DNA of 64,000 nt from contig NC_087252.1 of NCBI RefSeq assembly GCF_037042905.1, forward strand, positions 21,578,001 to 21,642,000, given 5' to 3'. Source of the DNA: Lytechinus pictus. Lineage: Eukaryota. Shown here piece after piece: positions 27,626 through 39,265 of the stretch. The notes below the pieces were generated by a model. That model did not search any database, had not been told where the DNA came from, and was given only the letters and a program-made list of their open reading frames with translations. Within the stretch, counting starts at the first letter, position 1. The number at the start of each line of letters is the position of its first letter. A program made the translations under genes and the position numbers.

Positions 27626-29099
27626 ACACGTAGGAGTTTGATGATACAATGAACGTTACTTTTGATTGTTGAAAGATTAAAAGACAGGAGGCAGGAAACG
27701 CGAAAGACAAACCGATAGAAGAGGCCCGAAAGGAAAGCTGTGGGATTGTGGGATTGCGGCATTTCAAGCAACGTAATTACATTGCCATTGATCTTACTCA
27801 AAACCTCTGAATCAACATGTGCGGCGATGATGAATTATTTATACCAAGGGCATCATCGACACATTCTACCCCACATCACCCCAAATTATCACATTCTGCA
27901 ACAGAACTTGTTGTCTTCACCCTGCAAAATGTACTTTTCCTTTAGGTTATTGCGCATTTGCTTATCCCCTGAGTTCAATCTTAGGTTGTTGTGGGGTGTG
28001 TTTAAGGTGTCACTTGGACTCATGGAATGCCACAAGACGTCGTCTTGGCAAATATGTAGAGGTCATAGCTCTCCATCCTTCTGTGAAATGTTTGTGCTTT
28101 TCATGGAACTGACTTTCTTGGTTTGATTGTGAGAAAGTGAAATCGACTATATTTGTTACTGATCTGAAACTGGCTTAAATAACAGAAAAGGGATATTGAG
28201 ATACGTAGAAGTTACAGATGGATGGAAGGAGTTGAAGAAATGTTGAATGAATGAATGGTGAATGGATGAATGAATGAAGGAATGATTGAATGGATGGAAG
28301 GAAGGAATCAATGAATGAAAGAATACATGGAAGAATGAATGGATGGAGGATGATGAATAGAAAGTTGAGAAGGAAATCAAGTTTGAGATCAGCGAACAAG
28401 TATGATGAAACAAGGGCAGGGATTTTATAAAGAATTATGAAAAAAGGCATCACCATAGAGGATGAAGGGAAGGTCATAGGGTATTGAACAATAGGAAAGA
28501 AAGAAAGAAAGAAAGAAAGAAAGGAAACTGTCATTACAAAGATGGAGAGAAAAGGAAGGGGATCAAGATAGGAGAGCAAGCTATAAAAAAGTGTAACAGA
28601 CAGATATTTGAAACAGTAACTTGTAGAGAAGACTGGGGTGAGCGAAAGAGATAGAGACAGAAAGAGAGAGTAAGCAAGAGAACTCACAACAGGAACGGAG
28701 ATGGAGAAAGATAGAAATGAAATAACAAACATGTGTAATACACAGAATTGGGACAGAGTTGGAGGACTAAAACAATTTAAGAGAGGCTATATATAGGATA
28801 TATAACAAGAAAAAACATGTGAAATGGTAAGAGAGAAAAAGATTGAAAGACTAACGGAGATAAAGAGGAAGATACAGAAAAGGAAGATTAGAGAGAGGGA
28901 GAGAGGGAGGGGATAAAGAGTACAAGACAGACATAATAAGAGGTAGAAAGAGGTCATGTATAAAGTTTAAAGAGAAACAGAGAACCAGTGAGAAAGAGAG
29001 AAAGAGCAAGATTGAGAGAAATCAGAAAAGCACAGATAGACTGAAAGAGAAAGAGATAGAACTAAAACAAAAGAGAGAGAACGAGAGGGTATTATATCC

Positions 29100-29620
29100 T
29101 TTGATGGAGATGAAAGTGTTTAAACATCCTCTTTACATGCTCATCAGGAGCCCTTAATCATTACCGATACTTGCCTCGGGACCTGTCAATTTATCATCAA
29201 ATCCCTCGATCATTCCCCTTTATATCCCTTCAGCCACCGAGGGCCGATCGTTTTCTCTCCCCGATATACTCCTTATTCACTCCTTAATGCCGGCATCCTC
29301 CTCGTAACGAGGCGCAAAACAAGAAAAAGATAATGCAGCGTCATAATTGGAAATTGTCCCCCGAGCTAGCCCCTGTCAGGCTAGCAACTTCCTTGTCAGA
29401 TAAAGAAAATTGATGATTATTTTGTTAAAAAATTGTTTTCAATCTCTTTTTATTTGATTATGCTGCGTTTTAAGATGAGAAAATATGAAGAGGGCGATTC
29501 GGATTGGAGTTCCGGGAGGCTCGCGGAATGGCATTGGGGATTTGGTGGCGATGCGTTAACCCATCTGGTGTGTTTATAGGATGAATTAAGCAAGGATTAA
29601 GTAGTGGTGCGGTGCGTTCT
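29100..29620. promoter_or_regulatory. Candidate cis-regulatory module
   Basis: Unique, CpG-retaining island after a ~900-bp purine tract; CTGTCAATTTATCA at 29183-29196 (TGATAAAT plus TGACAG on the minus strand); further TGTCA, TAAT and GATAA motifs. Confidence 0.4.
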
Positions 29621-30816
29621 TTGAAGAGCAATTTATTGCAAATTAAGTTTCCTCCCCTTCAGCTTTTCATGCTTTTTAAGCTGATTCTTGGTTTTTTCTC
29701 TCGTAAATGTCATGTGAAGAAAAAAAGGATAGAAAGGGGCATTAAGTTATTGGTGTATTGACTCTGACGTACTTTGAATCTCTATTGAGATTACAGCATA
29801 CTTTTATCACAGGTGTGGCCTGGTGGTAGGGTCTTGTGTTCCGTTGATCCAAGGCAAGGTCAATTTCTGCTCTGGTCTTTTTAGTTAGCTCATAGAAAAT
29901 TAAGTTAATTGGTATGCGTGTCATAAATCCAGCATTGTTATTGTTACATCCATTTTCATATCTTGTTAATTTGAAATAAGGTTACCTTAAAATATCTCCT
30001 ACTTGCAAACTGTATAGTCTCATTTTCTGGTTAAGAAATAAAACATCTTTTACAATGATGAGCTAAAATATTTTCACTTAACTGTTGTCCTTTAAAGACG
30101 GTTTCTGTTATATTTTTTTAACTGAAGAAAGGGGGGTGTTGGGATTGGAAGAGCGAGGGGATAAAGAGTATTTTTTTTTTTTCGGGGGGGGGTAAACGGA
30201 TGGGATGGAGAAAGAGACAGAGAGAGAGTGGGAGGGGGCAGAGAAACAGGGGATGCAGAGGCGTGTATGGAGAAAGAAAAGAGAAAAAGATTGTCAAAAT
30301 GAATAATCAAAACGACAACTATGCATTCAGCAAAAATAAGTTGTTTAAAATCTACCTACATCCATTTTGTTACAATGAATAAGCAGAATGAAGCAGACTG
30401 CTTTTTTGTTTGAAATACCTCCTTTTAGCCATTCTCTCCTTTAAAACTCTATAAAGTGCACATGACATTCTTGTGTTAAAGAAAACCAGTTGACCTTTAA
30501 AAATCAAATATGGATTCATCTTAAAGTGGCATTTTAATGGACATTGTAATCAAAATGGATGACCGTGGTATCCGAATGGACGCTATCCACTGAACATCAA
30601 TATTCTATCAATGGTGAGACGCTTAACCATAGTGATGAATTGCCTTCAAATAACTATCACATAACTGAAGATATTGTGCTTTTTTTTATACTTTAGTATC
30701 CGCTGTCCTCCTCCCTCTTTTTGTTAACCTGTTGAGCACTGAATTGTTGATTTCTTGTATCTAAATACAGGGACCGCCCTGTTCCAAAGGGGAATAGGTC
30801 AATGCCACAGCCATAC

Positions 30817-31018
30817 GTTGACACGACATTTGCTCCGGCGACAATTGCTCTGGGCTTAATTTCGTCTAGGATATAGGGTTAGGGTTGGAATAGGGTTTTA
30901 TGTTAGGTTTAGGATTGGGTATAGTCACTGTGTTAAATCTAGGGTTGAAGTTGGTCATTCCTTTAGTGTGTGAAATTTACAGCGGAGCAATTGTCGCCGG
31001 AGCAAATGTCATGGAACC
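30817..31018. mobile_element. MULE-like MITE with internal telomere-like repeats, 8-9-bp TSD
   Basis: Perfect inverted pair GACATTTGCTCCGGCGACAATTGCTC / GAGCAATTGTCGCCGGAGCAAATGTC; CAGCCATAC on both flanks (30808-30816, 31019-31027); internal tagggttagggttgg-type repeats. Confidence 0.85.
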
Positions 31019-31044
31019 CAGCCATACAGAGAAAACCAACTCTA

Positions 31045-31325
31045 GGGCCCTTTCTCACAAATAGTTCCAATTGATCGATCAAGCTCAACTATGGAAATCT
31101 ATGAAAGACTTAATTTTTTTTTTCAGTACAGGAAATTTGCACAATGTTCCATCGGAAACACAGAGGAACGCACTAAATTGTCAAGACAATGACTCATACA
31201 TGATATATGTATCATAGTTAGAAAACAGTTCTAACATTGTTATCATACAATTTAGATGTGGGGTTGCTGGCTTTGCATAGTTGCGATTGATCAGATCGAT
31301 TGCAGCTGTTAGTAAGACAGGCCCC
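31045..31325. mobile_element. PIF/Harbinger-like MITE
   Basis: Imperfect TIRs of about 55 bp (gggccctttctcacaaatagttccaattgatcgatcaagctcaactatg / catagttgcgattgatcagatcgattgcagctgttagtaagacaggcccc); TAG/CAG flanks. Confidence 0.7.
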
Positions 31326-33695
31326 AGACCAAAAATATATATTAATTTATTTTGAATGGCGTACAATCGATCCATATGGAAGCAGTTTCTTTTGTGTAAC
31401 TGTAGCGTATCAGGGGGGAGGGGGAGAGGGGGAAGGGGAGGAGGGGGAGAGGGGGAGGGGGAGAGGGGGAAGGGGGAGGGGAAGAGTGGAGGGGGGATAT
31501 AGGTTGGATGCTTACAGCCATATCCCCTTTGTGGTGTATATTTTTCCTTTGACAATTTGATTGGAGCGGAATCAGTCATATGTCTCCCTTGTTTGTCGCC
31601 ATGATGGAAACCCTCTGATGTGCCCGCAAAATTATTTAAGTGCACCTATTTTGAGAAGTGTCATTTGCTGTTGCATTTGGTTTGAGCAATGTGACAAAAC
31701 ATTTCACCGACTGGCTCAGATGTAAAGAACAAATGTTAAGTTCATTGTCCTGATGGTTGATTGTTGTACTCTAAACCAAGTGGTTTGGGTACGGAATTTG
31801 TTTGGAAATCTTTATTTTTTTAAATATTTACTTGTAATAAAAATTCATTGATTCAGACCTGTCAAACTCAAAATTGTTTTTTTCTTCGTAGGTAGATATG
31901 CATGGCAGCAGTATACTTTAAGTGCATTGATGATGATAATTGCTAAACCAGAACTCTATTAAATGCAAGGTCCTTTAAAATAAGAGATTTGCGTCAACTC
32001 ACAGACATATTTAGTATCCATAGTTAACTAAAGCTTTATTTAATTGATCAATTAAATTCTTCTTCAAATATTTATAGGCCATGGAGTCGGAGATAATGCG
32101 CCTATTGCTCGTATAGACAAAATTCAGACTACAAAATCAAATATTGATTGTCGGCTTAAACTTCTCTTACCATAATCACCATAATTCCGAGCGTGTAAAT
32201 TTCTCATTTTGCACATTCCTTTAATGTCAGTCCACCCTCGGGTCATTCAACACGAAAAAATTCCTATGCCGTAAAATATTTTTATCTCTCCGATGCAGCC
32301 GCCTGCCCCAGCCGCAAAGCTAGGCGATAAAAAAAAAAAAAATTAAAAAAAATTGAGAGGAAAGGGGTAAAAAATGGAAACAGCCTTGGGCACGGCAATA
32401 TGTGAGCATAATTTGACTATAATTCCCCCTAAACGATTATTATTTGTGAGAAAATTTCACAGCTGAGTACATACGAGCTCACCCCCTCTCTCTTTCTCTC
32501 ATTTTCTTCCCTGGTTATGAAGACCTAGATTAGTGGAATGGACAAGCAATGCAGGAAATTTACTTAGAAATATACCAGCTTGTCGATTTCAGTTGGCAAA
32601 TTTTAGCCCCAAGGCATTGAGGTATTGGGACGCCGGTGACGTTGACGCTGATGTATGACTATGGTTCTTATGTGCATACCAATGCTGTGTGATAATATTT
32701 GTGCACGGTGGTTGCATATAAGATTCGTGGTTGTATTGTTTTGCTATTCGTAATGTGCATAGCTGTGCAAATTTATGGAATTTTTATTAAACATTTTTTA
32801 CATTGGAATGTTTTGCTTTCTTTGATAAGGTTACTACTGTTGCAGTTTTGTGAATACGATTTTTTTTTAGTTTTGTAAGAAAATCTTTTTTATTTTGACA
32901 TCCTTACGATGTGAAGTCTAACATGTAGTTTTTAAAAACATTGTATTGTAGATTGACTTCACCCATGAAACAAGTTACATTAATTTCTAAAAAGTCATTT
33001 TCAATTAATTTAAATGTAGGATTAAATTTATCATACAGAAAGTTCCTACTTCAGTAACAATGTATCCATCAATATGAATGCCTTATTTTGGGGATAATTG
33101 TCATAATCATTCATATATTCATTATTTGAAGGAATATTTCTTCCACTCATGACGTCGATTTCATTCAATCCAATCCTTTTAACAAAATATATGATTTCAC
33201 CCTACTTTCAAACTTTCAATAAATGTATTAACATAATTAAGCTCACTTATTAAGTACCTGTTTGTTTACTGTTTTCATACAGTATTCAGCTTTTAAATTT
33301 TTCTTAACATGAATCCCTGAAATGTGTACTTGCATTTGTACATTTCCACTTCAGTGCATATACATTATCCTGGCTTATGCCCCTTTCCTTTTTTACACAA
33401 TCAGCACTGATGGCCAAAAAAATAATATTCATTCATTCGTCAGGAGATCACATTGCAATAACAGACCACAATTGGATTTGACATTGTGCGAAGACCTTGG
33501 ATATCGGCCTAATGAAATTCAAATATCATGAATTTTGGCCCCAAAGCCTGACAAAATTTGATTAGGAAGTTGTAAACATGCATTGGCATATCGGAGAGCC
33601 ACGATGCAAAAGAAGAGAGAATGAGTGTTGTTGTGAAAAAGGACATAGACTCAGGTAGGATTACATTTGAATAAATTCATGTTAATAATTTCAAT

Positions 33696-33990
33696 GGCCC
33701 GTATTCTGAAGTCGGGTTTATCTTAAACTCAGGTTTAAAGTTGTGGTCTAAGTATGGACAGCCAATTGTTACATAAATCACTAACTGAAAGGATATAATA
33801 TTTCAGCTCATTTGGCTCTCAAATCATTCATAATTGTTTAGGAAGTATGTATAGATTATTGTCTTCACCATCGATGAATCAGGAAACAGCACAGCAAACA
33901 CAAGAAACGTACAACTTAATAAAAAAAATTGATACTTTTGGCTGTCCATACTTAAACCACAACTTTAAACCTGACTTCAGAATACGGGCC
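33696..33990. mobile_element. PIF/Harbinger-like MITE, 3-bp TSD
   Basis: Perfect TIRs GGCCCGTATTCTGAAGTC / GACTTCAGAATACGGGCC, extended by CAGGTTTAAAGTTGTGGT..AAGTATGGACAGCCAA and its complement; AAT on both flanks. Confidence 0.9.
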
Positions 33991-34554
33991 AATGAGTTTA
34001 TTTTTTAATGGACTTTTGAAGGAGTTTATACATGGTGGGATCAAGTAGAAATAATTTGATATACTTGTTTATAATCCTGTTTGTCTCATTTGAAGTGGAT
34101 TTCCCTGATTAAGTGGATTATAAAGATTTTTACATGTATATTAACATTACTAATAAATTGATCATGGAAATACATAGACCTTTAAAATCATTTGATCTGG
34201 GTCTCGTGTGTTGAGTCGGTGGAAAAACAGTTCAGTATAGCTTGCATTAAAGACACCAACCATAACTTAAAATTCAAATATATTTACACATCAAAACCTA
34301 CAAACTTGAAAGCACAACTGTACAATTTATCTGCACTTTCACAGCAGAGTATTTTAAAGAAGAACTCAATATGCGTTATTGTGTGCTTCCTGCTTACCTA
34401 AATAATGTGATGTCATTCTGTGTCAGAACGGTTGTTATTACACACAGTTTCATCATCAAAATATGATTCTCTGAATCTACTGAGTTGTTTCTCGATGTTA
34501 CCGTCTTTCCACGTGCAATTTATCTGTCTTTACACTATTTTTGTTTATCTTTAT

Positions 34555-36190
34555 ACATCTATCCATCGTTTCTTTCCTTTTCTCGATCTTTCCCCTGGAG
34601 ATGCGCAATCCTTCAAACATCATCAACCAAACTTTTTTACATTTTCTTGTTTACACCAATATTCTACCTATCCATTTATATTTCTATCTGTCTATCATTC
34701 CTTTCCTTCTCTATATTTCCTCCCTTGGAGACCACCAAACATGAATGGTTGGTATTGATCTGTCCGTTCCAGCCAGGAGCAACATCCCACAAGCATCCAA
34801 AAATAAAATCCCCTTCAGTGAACAATTTTCTTAATCCTATCTATCTATCTATCTATCTATCATCCATCCATCCATCCATCCATCCATCCACCCACTCACC
34901 CACCCACCCACCCATCCATCCATCCATCCATCCATCCATCCATCCATCCATCCATCCATCCATCCATCCATCCATCCATCCATCCATCCATCCATCCATC
35001 CATCCATCCATCCATCCATCCATCCATCCATCCATCCATCCATCTATCTGTTTGTCTATCATTCATTTCCTTCTCTCTATCTTCCTCTTGTAGACCCACA
35101 ATCTCCCAAACATGAATGGTTAGAATTGATCTATCCCATCAGCCAGGAGCTACGTCCCACTTGCATCCACCCCATGTCTTTGTTTATCCCCTTCACTGAA
35201 CGATTTCCACAATCCTTCTATCTATCCATCATTTCTTTCCTTCTCTCTATCTTCCCCATTAGACCCACAATCTTCCAAACATGAATGGTTAGTATTGATC
35301 GATCCAAGCCAGGAGCTGCGTCCCTCTAGCATCGACCCATGTCTTTGGTTATCCCCTTCACTGAACAATTTCCCTAATCCTTCTATCTGTCCATCATTTC
35401 TTTCCTTCTCTCAATCTTCCCCCTGTAGACCCACAATCTTCCAAACATGAATGGTTAGTATTGATCTATCCAAGCCAGGAGCTACGTCCCACTTGCATCC
35501 ACCCATGTCTTTGGTTATCCCCTTCACTGAACGATTTCCCCAATCCTTCTATCTGTCCATCATTTCTTTCCATCTCTCTATCTTCCCCCTGTAGACCCAC
35601 AATCTTCCAAACATGAATGGTTAGTATTGATCTATCCAAGCCAGGAGCTACGTCCCACTAGCATCCACCCATGTCTTTGGTTATCCCCTTCACTGAACGA
35701 TTTCCCCAATCCTTCTATCTGTCCATCATTTCTTTCCATCTCTCTATCTTCCCCCTGTAGACCCACAATCTTCCAAACATGAATGGTTAGTATTGATCTA
35801 TCCAAGCCAGGAGCTACGTCCCACTAGCATCCACCCATGTCTTTGGTTATCCCCTTCACTGAACGATTTCCCCAATCCTTCTATCTGTCCATCATTTCTT
35901 TCCATCTCTCTATCTTCCCCCTGTAGACCCACAATCTTCCAAACATGAATGGTTAGTATTGATCTATCCAAGCCAGGAGCTACGTCCCACTAGCATCCAA
36001 CCATGTCTTTGGTTATCCCCATCACTGAACGATTTCCCTAATCCTTCTATCTGTCCATCATTTCTTTCCTTCTCTCTATCTTCCCCCTTTAGACCCACAA
36101 TCTTCCAAACATGAATGGTTAGTATTGATCTATCCCATCAGCCAGGAGCTACGTCCCACTAGCATCCACCCATGTCTTTGGTTATCCGCA
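34555..36190. repeat. 166-bp tandem repeat array (about 7 conserved units from ~35060, plus 2 decayed 5' units)
   Basis: AAACATGAATGGTT anchor at 34737, 35108, 35277, 35443, 35609, 35775, 35941 and 36107 (period 166 in the core). Confidence 0.97.
34838..35050. repeat. (CTAT)n/(CCAT)n microsatellite inside a satellite unit
   Basis: Directly visible; explains the MDGW/IHPS ORFs. Confidence 0.97.
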
Positions 36191-36681
36191 TCACTGCATG
36201 ATTCTCTTAATCTGAAAGGTTACCGCAGGTCGACAAGGTCTAATCAAGGGGGCAACATAGTAAAGACGGAGGGAACGTTGGTGGAGAGAGAGAGATAGAG
36301 GAGAAAGAAAGAGACCAGAAGGGAAAGAAGGAAAAAAAATGAGAGAGAGAAGCAAAAGAGAAAGGGAGCATTTGTTTTCACTGTTTAAATATGCTGAGAA
36401 ATATATGAGGTTTCCTGACACTGAATGATACCGTTGGGGGCTGGGGGTATTAAAAAAGTCCCCAAATTTAGTAAACATATTTTGTTCAATCATTTTGGGT
36501 TTTGCACCCTGTAATTGATTTAATAGATGGATAATGTAACCCTTAACTTTATTTAGTTACATCACATCATCGCCTTGTTTTTATACTTGCGTTGCTTGCT
36601 GGCAAATATTTCAGGCTGGTGCCCCTAATCCAAAAGACTTGGCACCCATCAAAATTTGCGTGCTGATGGGCTGCGAGAAGG

Positions 36682-36682
36682 G

Positions 36683-36718
<36 letters not shown>

Positions 36719-36722
36719 AGGG
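36682..36722. repeat. (GA)n plus G run
   Basis: Directly visible. Confidence 0.9.
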
Positions 36723-36809
36723 GCTAGATGAAAAGATGATATGGGTAGGGGGCAGGGAGAGTGAGGTCATAAACTAGAAACGTTTTCAAGAAATGGTAAA
36801 CTTGCACAA

Positions 36810-36922
36810 TATTAATCTATTCTTTTTCCATTCTCTTCTCTCTTTTATTTTTTCAGGTAAGTCTGGTCGGACTCTTTACATGAAACACTAATCTTGTTTG
36901 TCCGTGGTAATTAATGGTAAGT
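36810..36922 (+). other. Candidate recursive splice site (ratchet point) with a 60-nt cryptic RS-exon (36857-36916)
   Basis: No AG in 36791-36854; branch-like TATTAAT (36810-36816); ~35-nt pyrimidine tract; CAG|GTAAGT (36854-36862); second donor ATG|GTAAGT (GT at 36917). Confidence 0.65.
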
Positions 36923-38004
36923 ACATCGTGGAAATAATTACTCCAAGTAACTCACTGTTGATGTGCATTCCTAAAACCCTCAAAAGAGAACCATATTGAA
37001 CAGTATTATCCTTTGATCTCTTAGCTGATATCATGGAGAAATGACTTCATATCTTCATAAGATCTTTGTGTCTGTCACTGTCGCTGAATATGACTTGAAT
37101 AAATAACTTGCAAAAATAATGGCCTTGGCCTACATTGAAATATAGTATCCTTTCCTAAGCGTTTCCTTTATGCACTTGTGTATTGAAGCACCGTTTAGTC
37201 AAATGGATTCGATTCAGAGACAACGGCGGGGAGGGGAAAAAGAGGAACGTTTCGATAGATTCTCGGCCGCCATTGCGACTTGCACAAATATGCATTGCGT
37301 GCCGGTTGTAACAACATAGCGTACAGGTGTGCGTTATCTACGGCACGGATGTTTGCGAGGAAAGACGAGACTGGGTCAACACTCTGGATACAGGATGCGT
37401 GTTTGAGCACAGACGGAGGGAGGGAGGGCCTAAAATGATATGGAGATGCTTAAAGGGGGAGCCCTAACCAGTTTCATTGTATGCAATTTAGGCTGATGTT
37501 TCTTGGGCTGAAATAAATTAAAATCTACGATTCCAACATTAAGCTAAGTCCAATCTGAAAATTAGCTTTAATTAAGCTAATATGTTTTAATGATTCAGTG
37601 GACAAACCCTAAAATCCCACTTGTAATTACCTAATTATTGCTATAAACTAGATTAAACTTTTTAATGAGAGGAGCCCGCGACTATCTTAGAGTAGGGAAG
37701 CAACTACAAAATTCAAAGTATTAAATTTACTAACATGTTCAAACAGGGAAGCAATAATTAATATTAAACAAACCCAAACTAATATTTATGCTTAATGATT
37801 ATCTTTTAATTCGGTAAAAAGAGCCTACTAATGAAGAGTAATGAAAATTTCCATTTATTTATTGATTTGGACAATAAATACTACCTTATGAACCTTATTT
37901 TTTTGGAGGAGGATGCACATTTGCATATTACTTTTGTCGTGCTGATATGGAAGAAAGTGGGATTTCCATGTTAGTCTTGCCCTAATGAATTTCCTACCTG
38001 ACAT

Positions 38005-38230
38005 CAGGGTCCTGGGAACATTTTTTTTTACTAGGGGTGCTGGTGTAAATTTAACAATAAAAAAAAAAAAGTTTCACTACAAAATATAAGTAATTTTCCT
38101 TACACTTTTCAATTTTTTTAACACCTATTCAGAATACCTGGAGGTGCTGCCTATGGAAAATAATACGCGCAGCACCCCCTGGGAAAATTTTGGGGGTGCT
38201 TCAGCAGCATCCCCGCTTCCCAGGGCCATG
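38005..38230. mobile_element. hAT-like MITE
   Basis: TIRs CAGGGTCCTGGGAA and TTCCCAGGGCCATG; flanks CCTGACAT / CCTGGCTT (6/8, a decayed 8-bp TSD); internal GGGGTGCT/AGCACCCC motifs. Confidence 0.75.
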
Positions 38231-38661
38231 CCTGGCTTTAGTTCCGTTAAAGGGTTTTACAGTTCTTTTGAATTCTTTAATTCTTTTGAACATTATGTAG
38301 TCTACACTTGTGTGTATAGATCATCAGATTGATAAAAATAGAGGTCCATGATTAGAGTATGTACCTTTTATCATAAGTTCACTGCAAACGGACAATTAAA
38401 ATACATATTTGTAGAAGGTACAATCCAATAAATGCAAGTATTTTTAAGCTGTATTTTGGCCATTTTCCTGACATCTCTTAACAGTAACAATGAAATCAAC
38501 AATATATATATATTTTTTTCAATTCAAATTTCTCAGATCAATTTGAATCGTAAATACACAGTCATACTGTTTTGTTTCAAAGAGGGTAAGACAGAAAAAC
38601 ATAAATCGCTGTCATTAATGGCTTTGTGAGCATATTCTGTTCCCTTTCATATTTACCTTAA

Positions 38662-39050
38662 AGATAAATACCAGTTGTGGTAATGACCTCAAAATCAGTT
38701 TGAACAGAATATAATAAAATTACTGCCCAAGTGTTTGCATGTATGAATAAAAAAATATGTGCCACATGGCTCTGGAAGAAAATATGTCATTGCTGAGAAA
38801 TGAGCAAAATAAGCACGCAATTCCATCAATTGTTGGATATTTTTCCAAGCAATATTAATACACTGTCCCACATATGCTTTTCTGTGTTAGGGATCATCAA
38901 ATGAATCGATTTTGAGCTAAGATTTCATGATTTCACAAATATAAGTTTACATTAATGTACCAGATCTAGATCTATGATAATATGTTGAGAATTAACCTTG
39001 ATTTAAAAGAATTTCTTTTGAAATAAATGTTTGCTGCAACTAATTTTACC
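38662..39050. mobile_element. Kolobok-like MITE (TTAA TSD)
   Basis: TTAA|AGATAAATACCAGTTGTGGTAA ... TTGCTGCAACTAATTTTACC|TTAA; imperfect TIRs with RR/YY termini. Confidence 0.6.
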
Positions 39051-39265
39051 TTAAATCTTGTCCAACTTTCCAAAGCCTTCGTAACAACCCCAAATTATGA
39101 ATGGGCAGTATATATGCGATACTAAAAGTACTGTGAATACTCCCACACATAATACTCCTGATTGCATTAGCATCTCGACTCTCCTAAGAATTGTCTTTTT
39201 TCTCTTCTTTCAGAGGGAGCAATGTCCCGGTGTTTGTCAATTTTAAGGATTCAATTACTGAGTAA

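Noticed and set aside
31870..31897. Further AG|GT juxtapositions after pyrimidine tracts (TAG|GTAGAT here; also 12416, ~44672, 46948, ~62305)
   Set aside because: Regenerated donors are weak (GTAGAT, GTCTTA, GTCTTG, GTATAT) or the tract is short; expected by chance in T-rich DNA
34485..35099. ORFs with IHPS/MDGW repeats
   Set aside because: (CCAT)n microsatellite
35060..36190. Regular array considered as CRISPR or a hammerhead retrozyme
   Set aside because: Units are fully repeated with no unique spacers, the context is eukaryotic, and no CTGANGA...GAAA core was found on either strand (also checked by eye for the 182-, 190- and 200-bp arrays)
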